A stretch of DNA of 64,000 nucleotides, from contig CM059431.1 of the NCBI GenBank assembly GCA_030390025.1, forward strand, positions 146,384,001 through 146,448,000. Direction: 5' to 3'. Positions 26,501 through 39,462 of this stretch are shown in pieces. Source of the stretch: Squalus acanthias. Its lineage: Eukaryota. Position numbers and translations under genes: made by a program. The notes below the pieces were generated by a model. The model was not told the DNA's origin. It ran no database searches and saw nothing but the letters and a program-made list of their open reading frames with translations. Each line of letters begins with the position of its first letter. Position 1 is the first letter of the stretch.

Positions 26501-26690
26501 TGTACAAAACACTAGTTCGGCCACAGCTGGAATACTGTGTTCAGTTCTGGTCACCACACTATAGGAAGGATGTGATTGCATTAGAGAGAGTGCATTCACC
26601 AGGATGTTACCTGGGCTGGATCGTTTCAGCTATGAGAAGAGACTGGACAGGCTGGGGTTGTTTTCCTTAGAGCAGAGAAGGCTGAGGGGG
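23590..26690 (+). mobile_element. Decayed CR1 LINE (ORF1 esterase to ORF2 RT) inside the NLR intron
   Basis: IVVGDSIVRG...DKLHLN; GVPQGSVLGPLLF, FADD. Confidence 0.92.
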
Positions 26691-26874
26691 GACCTGGACT
26701 TGTTGGTCCCACCCTTGATCTTTACGGGAACATGTTGGCACTGTACTCTCTCTCTTTCCTTTCTGAATGACTCCCACTGCTCTGATGTGGATTTTCCTAC
26801 AAGTAGCTGATCCCAATCCACTTTGGCCAGATCCTGCCTTATCATATTAAAATCGGCCTTCTCCCAATTTAGAA

Positions 26875-27304
26875 ACATAGACACATAGAATCTAGGAGCA
26901 GGAGTAGGCCATTCGGCCCGTCGAGCCTGCTCCACCATTCAATACGATCATGGCTGATCATCCAAATCCAGTACCCTGTCCCCTGCTTTAATCCCCACAG
27001 TACACATATCCCACCCTACCCCCGTAACACCACGTATTTAATTACCCCTAACATATCCCATCCTATCCCCATAACCCCACATATTTAATCCCCCCCTAAC
27101 ACTAAGGGTCAATTTATCATAGCCAAATCAACCTAACCCGCACATTTTTGGACTGTGGGAGGAAACCGGAGCACCCGGAGGAAACCCACGCAGACACGGG
27201 GAGAATGTGCAAACTCCACACAGACAGTCACCCGAGGTCAGATTCGAACCCGGGTCCCTGGCGCTGTGAAGCACCAGTGCTAACCACTATGCCACCGTGT
27301 TGCC
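26875..27304 (-). mobile_element. V-SINE (HE1-like), same subfamily as 20876-21305
   Basis: 7-bp TSD tttagaa at 26868-26874 and 27305-27311. Confidence 0.88.
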
Positions 27305-29010
27305 TTTAGAACCTTTATTTCCGGTCCATCTTTGTCCTTTTCCATGACTACCTTAAATCTCACCGAATTATGATCACTGTCACCAAAATGCTCTCCTACT
27401 GACACTTCTACCACTTGCCCGGCTACATTCCCTAGAATTAGGTCCAGTACCACCCCCTCTCTTGTAGGACTTTCTACATGTTGGCTCGAAAAGCTCTCCT
27501 GGATGCACTTTAAGAATTCCGCACCCTCTAAGCCTTTCACACTCTGATTATCCCAGTTAATACTATTATTACCCTATTATTTCTACACTTCTGAGATTTG
27601 CCTGCATATCTGTTCCTCTATCTCCCCCTGACTGTTTGGGGGCCTATAGTACACTCCCAGCAAAGTGCTTGCCCCCTTTTTGTTTTTAAGTTCTACCAAT
27701 ATGGCCTCATTAGAGGAACCTGCTAAGATATCATCCCTCCTTACAGCAGTAATTGACTCCTTGATTAATATTGCAGCGCCCCCCTCTGTCTCGCCTGATG
27801 ATTCTATACCCCGGAATATTGAGCTGCTAGTCCTGCCCCCCTCTCAACCATGTCTCTGTGATAACAACAATATCATACTCCCATGTGTTCAACACCTTCA
27901 ATTCATCTGCCTTACTCGCAAGACTCCTTGCATTAAAATAAATGCCATCCAGCCTTGCCATACTCCCTTGTGCCGTTATATATTTGCTCTGCCTTCCAGG
28001 CAGACTTGTTTTTCCTTCTATTTGGCTGTGCATCACCCCCTACTATAGCTCAACTCCGTATCCCATCCCCCTGCCAAGTTAGTTTAACCCCCCCCCCCCC
28101 CCCCCCCCCCCCCAACCCTGCAGCACTAGCAAACCTCCCCGCAAGGATGTTGGTCCCGTTCCGGTTCAGGTGCAACCCGTCCGACTTGTACAGGTCCCAC
28201 CTTCCCCAGAAGCAGACCCAGTGATCCAGGAAACTAAAGCCCTCCCTCCTGCACCAACTCTTTAGCCACGCATTCATCTGCTCTATCCTCCTATTCCTAT
28301 ACTCACTAGCACGTGGTACCGGGTGTAATCCAGAGGTTATAACCTTTGAGGTCCTGCTTTTTAATCTGCTACCTAGCTCCCTAAATTCTTGTTGCAGGAC
28401 CTCATCCCTCTGTCTACCCATGTCTTTGGTACCAATGTGAACCACGACCTCTGACTGTTCGCCCTCACCCTTCAGAATGCCCTGCAGCCGTTCAGTGACA
28501 TCCTTGACCCTGGCAGCATACCATCCTGGAGTCACGTCTGCGGCCACAGAAATGTCTATCTGTTCCCCTTATGATAGAATCCCCTATCACTCTTGCTCTC
28601 CCACTCTTTTCCTTCCCTCCTGTGCAGCTGAGCCACTCGTAGTGCCACGGACTTGGCTCTTGCTGCATTCCCCTGAGAAACCATCTCCCCCATCAGTATC
28701 CAAAACGGAAAATCTGTTGGAGAGGGAGATTGACCCAGGGGGCTCCTGCACTACCTTCCTAGTTCTTTTACTCTGTCTGGTGGTCACCCATTCCCTGTCT
28801 GCCTGTGCACTCTTTATCTGCGGTGTGACCACCTCATTAAATGTGCTATCCACGAAGATCTCAGCTTTGCGGATGCTCCACAGTGACTCCAGCCGCAGCT
28901 CCAGCTCTGAAACGCGGATTTCAATTAGCTGCAGCTGGAGATACTTCCTGCACATGTGTTCGCCCTGGACACCGAAAGTGTCCCTGACTTCCCACATAGC
29001 ACATAGCACG

Positions 29011-29430
29011 CAGAAACACAGAAACATAGAAACATAGGAGCAGGAGTAGGCCATTCGGCCCCTCGAGCCTGCTCCGCCATTCGATGAGATCATGGCTGAT
29101 CATCCAAACTCAGTACCCTGTACCTGCCTTCTCCCCATATCCCTTGATACCTTTAGCCTTAAGAAATATATCTAACTCCTTCTTGAATATATTTACTGAC
29201 TTGGCCTCAACTGCCTTCTGTGGTAGAGAATTCCACAGGTTCACCACTCTGGGTGAAGAAATTCCTCCTCATCTCTGTCCTAAATGGCTTACCCCTTATC
29301 TTTAGACGATGACCTCTTGTTCTGGACTCACCCGCCATCGGGAACATCCTTCCTGCATCCAGTCTGTCTAGCCCTGTTAGAATTTTATAAGTTTCAATGA
29401 GATCTCCTCTCATTCTTCTAAACTCCAGTG
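29011..29430 (-). mobile_element. CR1 3' fragment nested in CR1 ORF1
   Basis: LEFRRMRGDLIETYKIL; catagaaa-type repeat tail. Confidence 0.88.
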
Positions 29431-29890
29431 AGCTCAGGAGGAGCACTCCACGCAGCCGAGCTGCCCTGCCATGTCCTACCCTTAATTTACTCCCTTTACT
29501 TCCTTTAAATTAAAGAATATTAAATACACTGGGAACCTTACTTCCCTTTAAACACTACTTACTCTAAACTAGAGACATCACTTTTACTTTAACGACTGGA
29601 CTGTAGAAATACTCACCAGGTCCTACTTACCAATCAGCCCCTACTCTCGTTGTGACGTCACTTTAGCGGTTTCGCAGTTGTTGTTTGACTGCTCCCGCTC
29701 TCGGACTCCTTCCTTGTTGTAAAGTAAGAACCAATTCCCAACTCGCAGCACTCTGTTTAAACCGTACTCAGGGCTCCACCCAGGGCCGCTGCTGCTGCCG
29801 GTGAGTCTGGACCGCTCTCTCTCTCCCCCGCTCTTTAAATCCTCGATCTCTGCATTCAGTCTCCACCCAGGGCCGCTCTCGCTGCTGCTG

Positions 29891-30305
29891 CCGGTGTACA
29901 AGTTTATGAAGGGCATAGATAGGGTAGATAGAAAGGAACTTTTTCCCTTAGCAGAGGGGTCAATAACCAGGGGGCATAGTTTCAAGATAAGGGGCAGCAG
30001 GTTTAGAGGGGATTTGAGGAAAATCTTTTTCACCCAGAGGGTGGTTGGAATCTGGAACTCACTGCCTGAAAGGGTGGTAGAGGTAGGAACCCTCAACATT
30101 CAAGAAGCATTTAGATGAGCACTTGAAACGCCATAGCATACAAGGCTACGGACCAAGTGCTGGAAAATGGGATTAGAATCGACAGGGCTTGATGGCCGGC
30201 GCGGACACGATGGGCCGAAGGGCCTCTTTCTATGCTGTAAAACCCTCTGGGTGAAAAAGTTTTTCCTCAAATCCCCTCTAAACCTCCTGCCCGTTACCTT
30301 GAAGC
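29891..30305 (+). mobile_element. CR1 3' fragment followed by a short inverted CR1 piece (about 30240-30305)
   Basis: YKFMKGIDRV...FFTQRVVGIWNSLP. Confidence 0.85.
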
Positions 30306-30972
30306 TACTGGTCACTAAGAGTCTGATAATTTAATTACAATAAATCATATTTAATAAGGCTGGAGAGCGGAATGTAAACATCAAATATAATCCAGCAGTA
30401 AAGATAAAATTACATTAAAATATTTTCCACATCCACCATTTCAACTGGAAGCAGGAGAGAAACCTGAGATTAAATCACTAACAGTTTGATATTTACTTCA
30501 ATACCATGCAGGGTTTGTCTTGTCCAGGGGGAAGTTTCCTGGATTGGGAATATTGGGGAATCGGGAATTCTTTCAGCTGTAAATGTTTACAATTATTCAC
30601 AGTCCTGAACATTGAGTAAAGGTTGATATTCAGGATCTTAAATCTGCTGGTAATATGTTTCCAATCTAACGTGTTGTGGGGTATGAGCCCCGGAGTACAG
30701 ACACACACCGGCCAGCGGTGGGGCCTCGCACGCAGCGGGCGGCTCCTGGGCAAACCGGGGGCAGTGAACCCGGGAATTCCCCATAATCCACCCCCTGTGT
30801 GTGAGGCCCCGCTCGGGGAGGGAACTTCCGAAAATTCCCCAAAAACTGTCGGGTCAGTTACACCTGAAATAAATGTAGAGCCAGTTTAATGAGGAATAAA
30901 GTGAGAGATTCCCCTCCCCTATAAACTCGGAGCACAGGGACATTTAAAACTTGTAACGGGACAGAACAAACT

Positions 30973-33216
30973 CTATTGCTGCAATTGACAAACATTCACT
31001 ATAAGCCCTCTGACCCCCACAGCTACCTGGAATACACTTCCTCCCACCTCGCTTCCTGTAAGGACGCTGGTCCATTCTCCCAGTTTTTCTGTCTCTGCCG
31101 CATCTGCTCTGACGATGCCACCTTCCATACTAGTGCATCCGACATGTCTTCCTTTTTCCTCAACCGAGGATTCCCCTCTCCCGTGGCTGACACAGCTCTT
31201 GACCGTGTCCATTCTGTTTCCCGCACTTTTGCTCTCACCCCTTCCCATTTCTCCCGGAACCACGATATAGTTCCACTTGTCCTCACCATTCACCCCACCA
31301 GCCTCCGCATTCACCGGATCATCCTCCGCCACAGCCAGCGTGGTCCCGCCACCAAACGCATCTTTCTGTCCCCTCCCCTTTCAGCATTCTGAAGGGACCG
31401 CTCCTTCCACGATACCCTGGTCCGCTCCTCAATCACCCCCAACACCCCTTCCCCTTCCCACGGCACCTTCCCATGTAAGCGCAGGAGATGCAACATCTGC
31501 TCTTTTACCTCTTCCCTTCCCACTGTCCAGGGCCCCAAACACTCCTTCCAGGTAAAACAGCGATTTACTTGTACTTCTTGCAATTTAGTATACTGTATTC
31601 ACTGCTCACGATGTGGTCTCATCTACATTGGGGAGAGCAAATGCGGATTGGGTGACTTCTTTGCGGAATACCTCCGCTCAGTCTAGACGAGGGAACTAGA
31701 TGTAATACCTCCAAGTTTGCAGGTGACACAAAGCTGGGTGGGCATGTGTGCTGCGAGGAGGATGCCGAGAAACTCCAGTATGATTTGGACAGGTTGGGTG
31801 ATTGGGCAGAAGCATGGCAGATGCAATATAATGTGGATAAATGCGAGGTGGCAAAAACAGAAAGGCAGATTATTATCTGAACGGCAATAGATTGGGAGAA
31901 GGGGTAGTGCAACGAGACCTGGGTGTCCTTGTGCACCAGTCGCTGAAGGTAAGCATGCAGGTGCAGCAGGCGGTTAAGAAGGCAAATGGTATGTTGGCCT
32001 TCGTAGCGAGAGGGTTTGAGTACAGGAACAAGGATGTCTTGCGGCAGCTGTACAGGGCCTTGGTGAGACCACACCTTGAGTATTGTGTGCAGTTTTGGTC
32101 GCCTTATCTGAGGAAGGATGTTCTTGCCATGGAGGGAGTGCAGCGAAGATTCACCAGACTGATACCTGGGATGGCAGGAATGACGTACGAGGAGAGATTG
32201 GGTCGATTGGGCTTATACTCGCTGGAGTTTAGAATAATGAGAGGAGATCTCTCTAATAGGGCTAGACAGACTGGATGCAGGAAGGATGTTACCGTTGGCG
32301 GGTGAGTCCAGAACAAGAGTTCACAGTCTAAAGATAAGTGATAACCCATTTAGAACAGAGATGAGGAGGAATTTCTGCACCCAGAGAGTGGCGAACCTGT
32401 GGAATTCTCTACCACAGAAGGCAGTTGAGGCCAAGTCAGTAAATATATTCAAGAAGGAGTTAGATATATTATTTAAGTCTAAAGGTATCAAGGGGTATGG
32501 GGAGCGGGCAGGGACAGGCTACTGAATTTGGATGATCAGCCATGATCTCATCGAATGGCGGAGCAGGCTGGAGGGGCCGACTGGCCTACTCCTGCTCCTA
32601 TCTTCTATGCTTCTAAGTCCGTAATTGTGACCCCGAGCCTCTGGTCGCGTATCGCTTTAGTTCTCTGCTCCACTCCCACTCTGCTCTCTCCGTTCTCGGC
32701 CTCTTACACTCTTCCAACAAAAAACAACATAAGATCGAGGAACAGCACTTCATCTTTCAATTAGGCACTTTACAGCCTTCTGGACTCAACATCGAGTTCA
32801 ACAATTTCAGAGTATAATCTCGGCCCCTATTTTATTTTTTTCATTATTTTTCCTTTTCCCTTTTTTGTCTCTCACATCACAGCTGTTGATGATTCTGCCA
32901 TTGCCATTCACACCTCATCTAGATTCATCTTTTGTTTCTTAACTTGTCCCATTACCATCTACTTTTGCTTGCAGCATCATCCCTTTTGTCTTTTAATCTT
33001 TCCTGACTTGCACCCTATCACAGACTTTCCCTTTTGTTCTTTCCTCCGCTCCCCCCACCTTACCCGGCCTCTACACTTGCTTAAAGATCTGTTACATGTG
33101 TAACTTTTTCCAGTTCTGACGAAGGGTCCTCCACCTGAAACATTAACTCGTTTCTCTCTTTATAGATGCTGCATGACCTGCTGGGTATTTCCAGCATTTT
33201 CTGTTTTTATTTCAGA
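30973..33216 (+). mobile_element. Second Penelope-like family (RT C-terminus, GIY-YIG, tail with hammerhead motif at 33112-33148), interrupted by CR1
   Basis: HYKPSDPHSYLEYTSSH...RICS; NLVYCIHCSRCGLIYIGE; AGTT-CTGACGA-A...GAA-ACAT-T-AACT. Confidence 0.85.
31683..32615 (+). mobile_element. CR1 3' fragment nested in the Penelope element
   Basis: ORFs 31841-32305 and 32286-32525; CR1 tail. Confidence 0.92.
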
Positions 33217-33610
33217 ATAAATTCTCCTTGTTATATAAAATCCCAGGAGCTGATTTTACAGCCGCAGTTAGCGTTTCACCATATAACTCACCCCGAGATA
33301 TTATACAGATTAATATAATGCACAGAGTATAAAGTACAGGGAATCACCGCTTTATCATTTAATTCTGGGAAAATCGTCCCATCAAATCTGGGATTTAAGG
33401 AGCAGCAGAAATGAGGCAAGTTTCTGCGAACATGCCGAAGCCGGTCACTGAGCTCCAGGAGGGTAATTCTGATCATCAGGGAATGAGACCGGACTGAGGG
33501 ACATTTAAAGGCTTCACAAAGACAGCACTTTATTTAATAAATACATTTACTGAAAGTCCCTGAATGTATGGGGAGTGGACAGAGTGAGATTGATTCCCAG
33601 TGACAGGAAT

Positions 33611-35285
33611 AGGGGGGGATTTCGCGGGGGTTCAGCGGGCGCGATCGGTGGCGGGTCGGGTGGAAACTGTATTTTTCCCCAGCGGGTCGGGACCCCGCTG
33701 TCAACCCCCCGCCACGCACCTTTCCCAAATGTCAGGTCTGTCAGCGCTGAGCAGACCCGACATGCAGCGGCGGGTGGGAGGCAATTCAGGTCATTATGAC
33801 CTTGTTAACAAAGGATTAACAACTATTTTCAGCTCACCTTCAGAGTTTACCGGGTTGCTCACATGGTCCAGGCTGCTCGGGGATCGCGTCAGGTAAGCAG
33901 GGCGGGAGTTGAATGTCCATGGAATCATCTCATTACTTGACAGCTGGAAATATGCTATAAAGCTCCCATCTCACAGCTGTTCACTTTCCAAACTTAGAAG
34001 CTGTTGCTTCCTGCATTTTGAAGACAGATTGAGCTTTATGCAGGTTGCAAGTGTTTGGAGCAAACTCTCTACCCAGTGGCCCCTCAATGGAACAGCCTCT
34101 CTCACCATTGACAGATTGCTTCTGTCATCTCAAGTTCACCTGCCATCTATTACATCTGCATCGGTATGTTTTATACTGTCTCACCTTGGGCCTCAGAGTC
34201 CCACCACGATCAGCCCCAACACCAGCAGCACCAACAACAACACCAACCTGTTCCGCAACTCCTGATGCTGCACAGCACAGAGGGCATTAACACCCGACCA
34301 CATTGCTGACCGGGACACCAGGGATGGCCTCATCATGGCCAGATTTTCTTCACTTGACGCTGCACGCCCTGGATGCCACATGATGCGCCAGGTTGCGTCC
34401 AGCCCACACCAACAACATAAAGCATCCCTACAATGCCCAAACCATTCCTGTCACGCTCATCAGCATTACGGGGGGTACTGTTATGTCTCACCATGCACTG
34501 CAACTCACTAAGCCTCATCCAAAGGTGCACACAAATCTGTCGAAGAACGGAAAGTGTTGAAAATAAAGAGTTTAATGTTTGACACCACCAACAGAAACTT
34601 CATGTGAACATTGGCTAAACCACGCAATTGCCTTTCCTTGTATGCTGTTAGTTGGTATGATAGGACTCGGATGAGGGTGAGTGTGAGGGGTGGCTAGTGA
34701 CATGGGGATGTGATAATATAGATAGAGAGGGATGGATGCAGGTGCAAGGTAAGTTGGTGTGAGTTTGAATGTGCAGGAGTAGGGTAGGGAAGGCAGAGTG
34801 AAGGGGATGTGCTGAGTGGCACAGCAGGATGAGGTTGAGTGTGGATTTGCTGTAACGTTTCATGATCTACTGAGATCATTGAAAGGTTTGCCCCACTGCA
34901 GCCTGGTCCTGACGACATTCCTGCTTGAGCCCCACTGTGCAACCAGGCTGCGGTGGTCTCTTCCGCCCATTGGAAGTGAAGAGAACCTCCCTGCGTGCTG
35001 TGGCTCCCTCCATAAGCATATAGAGGGAGTTATGGGAGAGCCTGGGTGCAGCCGTGCTCCTCTGTGCAGAGGTTGTCAGTGTTTGCAGCACCTCAATACT
35101 GTAGAACACTGACATCACAATGGTCAAACTCAATGTGCACATCATCAAATGACGTCATCAAACCCGCTTCCTCCAATTCTCCAGAGCGAGGCCGCGACCC
35201 GCCACCGACCCCGATCTGCACCCAACCCGACCCCGACCCCAGCTGCACCCGACCCGCCAAGGTGGGAAATCGCAGGGGGAAACCG
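33611..35285. mobile_element. Decayed Harbinger-type DNA transposon
   Basis: GC-rich inverted subterminal motifs (ggcgggtcggg / cccgacccgcc); minus-strand Myb-like remnant APRLSHNSLYMLMEGATARREVLF...RTRLQWGKPFNDL. Confidence 0.6.
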
Positions 35286-35395
35286 GGTTATTAATGTCCT
35301 GAAGTACTTTCAGTGATTGCTGTAATATCCGAGAGAGAAAAATATATCAGATCCGGAGTTTGACTCAGTTTATTTCTCTCTCTCTTTGTGTTTAG

Positions 35396-35482
35396 ACTGA
35401 GTCAGAATAACCTGGGAGATTCAGGAGTGAAACTACTGTCTGCGGCTCTGAGGAACCCGGACTGTAAAATACAGCAACTGAG
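35396..35482 (+). CDS. NLR LRR exon 1 (87 bp; LSQNNLGDSGVKLLSAALRNPDCKIQQL)
   Basis: tttag| acceptor and |gtaagt donor; phase 2-2, in frame with the NACHT exon; RI-type LRR. Confidence 0.92.
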
Positions 35483-35588
35483 GTAAGTATCAGACTGTGT
35501 GAGATTGTGTTTATAATAACAGGATGTCTAACACTGTACATTATTATTAGTATCAGTAGTAGTGTTATTAATAAACACTGGGGATTTA

Positions 35589-38500
35589 AGAACATAAGAA
35601 ATAGGAGCAGGAGTAGGCCATTCGGCCCTTCGAGCCTGCTCCACCATTCAATGACATCATGGCTGATCTTCTGCCTCAACTCCATTCACCGGCCCTATCA
35701 CCATATCCCTTGATACCTTTACTAGTCGGAACTCTATTGACTTCTGTTTTAAATATACCCAATGACTGAGCCTTCACAGTCCTCTGGGGTACAGAATTGC
35801 AAAGATTCACCACCCTCTGTGTGTAGAAATGTCTTCTAATCTCAGTCTTGAATGCCCTACCCTTTTTCTTGAGGCTGTGGCCCCTGGTTCTAGACTCCCC
35901 AGCCAAGGGAAACATTCTCCCAGCATTCATCCTATCCAGCCCTGTAATAATTTTGTATGCTTCAATGAGATCCCTTCTCATTCCTCTGAATTCAAGTGAA
36001 TACAGGCCTAGTTTACTCAATCTCTTCTCATACGACAGTCCCGCCATCCCAGGAATCAATCTCATGAACCTTCGTTGCACTCCCTCTATGGCAATTATAT
36101 CTGTCCTTAGGTAAGGAGACAAAAATTGTCCACAGTACTCCAGGTGTGGTCTCACCAAGGCCCTATATAATTGGAGTAAGACTTACTTACTCCTGTACTC
36201 AAATCCTCTTGTAATGAAGGTCAGCATACCATTTGTCTTCCTAATGGCTTGCTGCACCTGAACATTCACTTTCAGTGACTCATGTACAAGGGCACCCAGG
36301 TCCCTTTTGAGCTTCTGCATTCCCCAATCTTTCACCATTTAGGAAATACTCTGCCTTTCTGTTTTTTCTACCAAAGTAGATAACTTCACATTTATCCCCA
36401 TTATATTCCATCTGCCATGTTCTCGCCCACTCACTGAGCCTGTCGAGATCCCCTTGAAGCCTCTTCACATCCTCTTCGCAACTGATACTGCCACCTAGCT
36501 TTGTATCATCAGCAAATTTGCAAATGTTACTTTTATTCCCTTCATCCAAATCATTGATATCGATTGTGAATAGCTGGGGCCCAAGCACCAATCCTTGTGG
36601 TACCCCACTAGTCACAGCCTGCCATCCTGAAAAAGACCCGTTTATGCCGACTCTTTGTTTTCTGTTTTTAACCAATTCTCAATCCATGCTAGTATATTAC
36701 CCCCAATTCCCTGTGCCCTAATTTTGTTCACCAACCTCTTGTGTGGGACCTTATCGAAGGCCTTCTGAAAATCCATATACAACACATCTACCGGTTCCCC
36801 TTTGTCTACTCCACTAGTTACATCCTCAAAGAACTCCAATAGGTTTGTCAAACAGCATTTCCCTTTCATAAGTCCATGTTGACTCTGCCAAGTCTTAATA
36901 TTAGTTTTTAAGTGCCCAGTTATTGCAACCAATATAATAGATTCCAGCATTTTCCCAACTACTGATGTGAGGCTAACAGGTCTGTAGTTCCTCGTTTTCT
37001 CTCTCCCTCCTTTCTTAAATAGCGAGGTTACATTTGCTATCCTCCAATCTGCAGGAACCGTTCCAGAATCTATAGAATTTTGGAAGATGGCAACTAATGC
37101 GTCTACTATCCCAATGGCCACCTCTTTCAAAACCCTAGGATGTAGGTCATCTGGTCCTTGGGATTTATCGACTTTTAGTCCCAGTAATTTTCCTAGTACT
37201 GTTTTTTTACTACTAATAATTTCTTGAAGTTCCTCATTCTTGTCACACCCTTGGATTTCTCGTATTTCTGGGAGGTTTATTGTGTCTTCCTCCATGAAGA
37301 CAGATGGAAAGTATTTATTTAACTTCTCTGCCATTTCCTCATTCCGCATTATAAATTCTCCCGTCTCTGACTGTAAAGGACCTACATTTACCTTCGCCAG
37401 TCTTTTCCTTTTCACATACCTATCGAAGCTTTTACAGTCCGTGTTTATATTTTTCACTAGTTTGTGCTCATATTCCATTTCCCTTTCTTTATCAATATCT
37501 TGGTCCCCCTTTGCTGATTTCTACAAAGATCCCAATCCTCAGGCTGACTGCTTTCTCTGGCAACTTTATAAACTTCCTCCTTTGACTTAATACTAGCTTT
37601 AATTTCTTTTGGTAGCCATGGTTGGATCACTTTTCCTTTTGGGTTTTTATGCCCTAGAGGAATATATGTTTGTTGCAAATTATGCATTATTTCCTTGAAT
37701 GTTAGCCATTGTATGTCCACCTTCATATCTTTTAGTGTAGTTTCCCAATCTACCATGGCCAACTTGTCCCTCATACACTTGTAGTTTCCTCTGTTTAGAT
37801 TGAAGAATTTAGTTTCAGATTGGACGACTCACTCTCAAACTTTATAAAATTCAATCATATTATGGTCACTTCCCTGAAGCCCCTTTACCACAAGATTATT
37901 GATTTGCTCTTTCTCATTACACAGTACCAGATCCAGGATAGCCTGTTCCCTGGTTGGTTCCTCTACATACTGATCCAGGAAACCATCTCGCATGCATTCC
38001 AAGAATTCATCCTCCACACCCTTAGTCGTAATTTGATTTGCCCAGTCAATATGTAGATTAAAGTCCCCCATGATTACCGTATTGCCTTTGTTACATGCAC
38101 TTCTAATCTCTTGATTGATGCTGTGTCCTACATTACCATTTCTGTTTGGTGGCCTATACACAACTCCCACCAATGTTTTCCGCCCTTTGCTGTTTCTTAG
38201 CTCCACCCAAACTGATTCCAGTTCTACATCACGATCTGCCAAGCCAAGATCTTTTATCTCTACTGTACCGATCTCATCCCTTATTAACAGCGCCACGCCA
38301 CCTCCTTTTCCTTTTTTGTCTGTCCTTCCTAAATGTTGAGTACCCTGGAAATTCACTTCCCAGCTTTGGTTACCCTGCAACCATGTCTCTGTAATGGTAA
38401 TTACATCACACCCATTTACTTCTATTAGTGCCATTAATTCATCCACCTTGTTGCGAATGTTACGTGCATTTAGATAAAGTGCCTTCAACTTTGCCTGTTT

Positions 38501-38628
38501 AATATGTTTCTGCACTTTGACCCTCTTTACTGTTGGCCTTTGTTTCTGCTCCCTACTAGTTTTGCTGACTACTTTTCTAACTTGCACTTCCAGCTTTGTT
38601 TCTCTCTGTTCTGGGCCCACACTTAGGT
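35589..38628 (-). mobile_element. CR1 LINE (ORF2 APE-RT) inserted in the first LRR intron
   Basis: APE LYLNARN...ETWL...GDFN...SDH; RT ORFs 36642-37478 and 36280-36675; splits the intron motif gggattta|tctgattcctg. Confidence 0.93.
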
Positions 38629-38662
38629 TCTGATTCCTGTTATTTCTCTCTCTCATCCTCAG

Positions 38663-38833
38663 GCTGTATGATGTCGGTCTCACAGGTTCTTGTGCCGGAG
38701 ATCTCACCTCCGCTCTCAGTACAAACCGCTCACTGACGGATCTGGACCTGACTAAAAATTTACTGGGAGATTCAGGAATGAAACTACTGTCAGCCGCTCT
38801 GAGGAACCTGGACTGTAAAATACAGACACTGGG
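38663..38833 (+). CDS. NLR LRR exon 2 (171 bp, two RI-type LRRs)
   Basis: cctcag| ... |gtaagt; LYDVGLTGSCAGDLTSALSTNRSLTDLDLTKNLLGDSGMKLLSAALRNLDCKIQTL. Confidence 0.92.
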
Positions 38834-38977
38834 GTAAGTACCAGAGTGTGTGAGATTGTGTTTATAATAACTGGATCTCTGACACTGCACATTATTATTA
38901 TTAGTGTCAGTAATAGTGTTATTAATAAACTCTGGGGATTTACTCTGATTCCTGTTATTTCTTTCTCTGATCCTCAG

Positions 38978-39148
38978 GCTGTATGATGTCGGTCTCACAG
39001 ATTCTTGTGTCGGGGATATTGTCTCCGCTCTCAGTACAAACCGGTCACTGACGGATCTGACCCTGAGTAAAAATAAACTGGGAGATTCAGGAGTGAAACT
39101 AGTTTCAGCCACTCTGAGGAACCCGGACTGTAAAATACAGAAACTGCG
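38978..39148 (+). CDS. NLR LRR exon 3 (171 bp)
   Basis: cctcag| ... |gtaagt; LYDVGLTDSCVGDIVSALSTNRSLTDLTLSKNKLGDSGVKLVSATLRNPDCKIQKL. Confidence 0.92.
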
Positions 39149-39291
39149 GTAAGTACCAGACTGTGTGAGATTGTCTTTATAATAACTGGATGTCTCACAC
39201 TGTACATTATTATTACTATCAGTAATAGTGTTTGTATTAAACACTGGGGATTTACTCTGATTCCTGTTATTTCTCTCTCTCTGATCCGCAG

Positions 39292-39462
39292 GTTGGCTGG
39301 TGTCGGTCTCACAGATTCTTGTGCCGAGGATCTCGCCTCCACTCTCAGCACAAACCAGTCACTGACGGATCTGAACCTGGGTTATAATAAACTGGGAGAT
39401 TCAGGAGTGAAACTATTGTCTGCGGCTCTGAGGAACCCGGACTGTAAAATACAGGAACTGGT
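39292..39462 (+). CDS. NLR LRR exon 4 (171 bp)
   Basis: ccgcag| ... |gtaagt; LAGVGLTDSCAEDLASTLSTNQSLTDLNLGYNKLGDSGVKLLSAALRNPDCKIQEL. Confidence 0.92.

Larger units (their letters stand above)
26691..29720 (-). mobile_element. CR1 5' half (5' UTR, ORF1, APE) inverted relative to 23590-26690
   Basis: ORF1 ATG near 29472 (atggcagggcagctc), esterase ORF 28050-28547, APE ORF 27280-27540. Confidence 0.88.
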
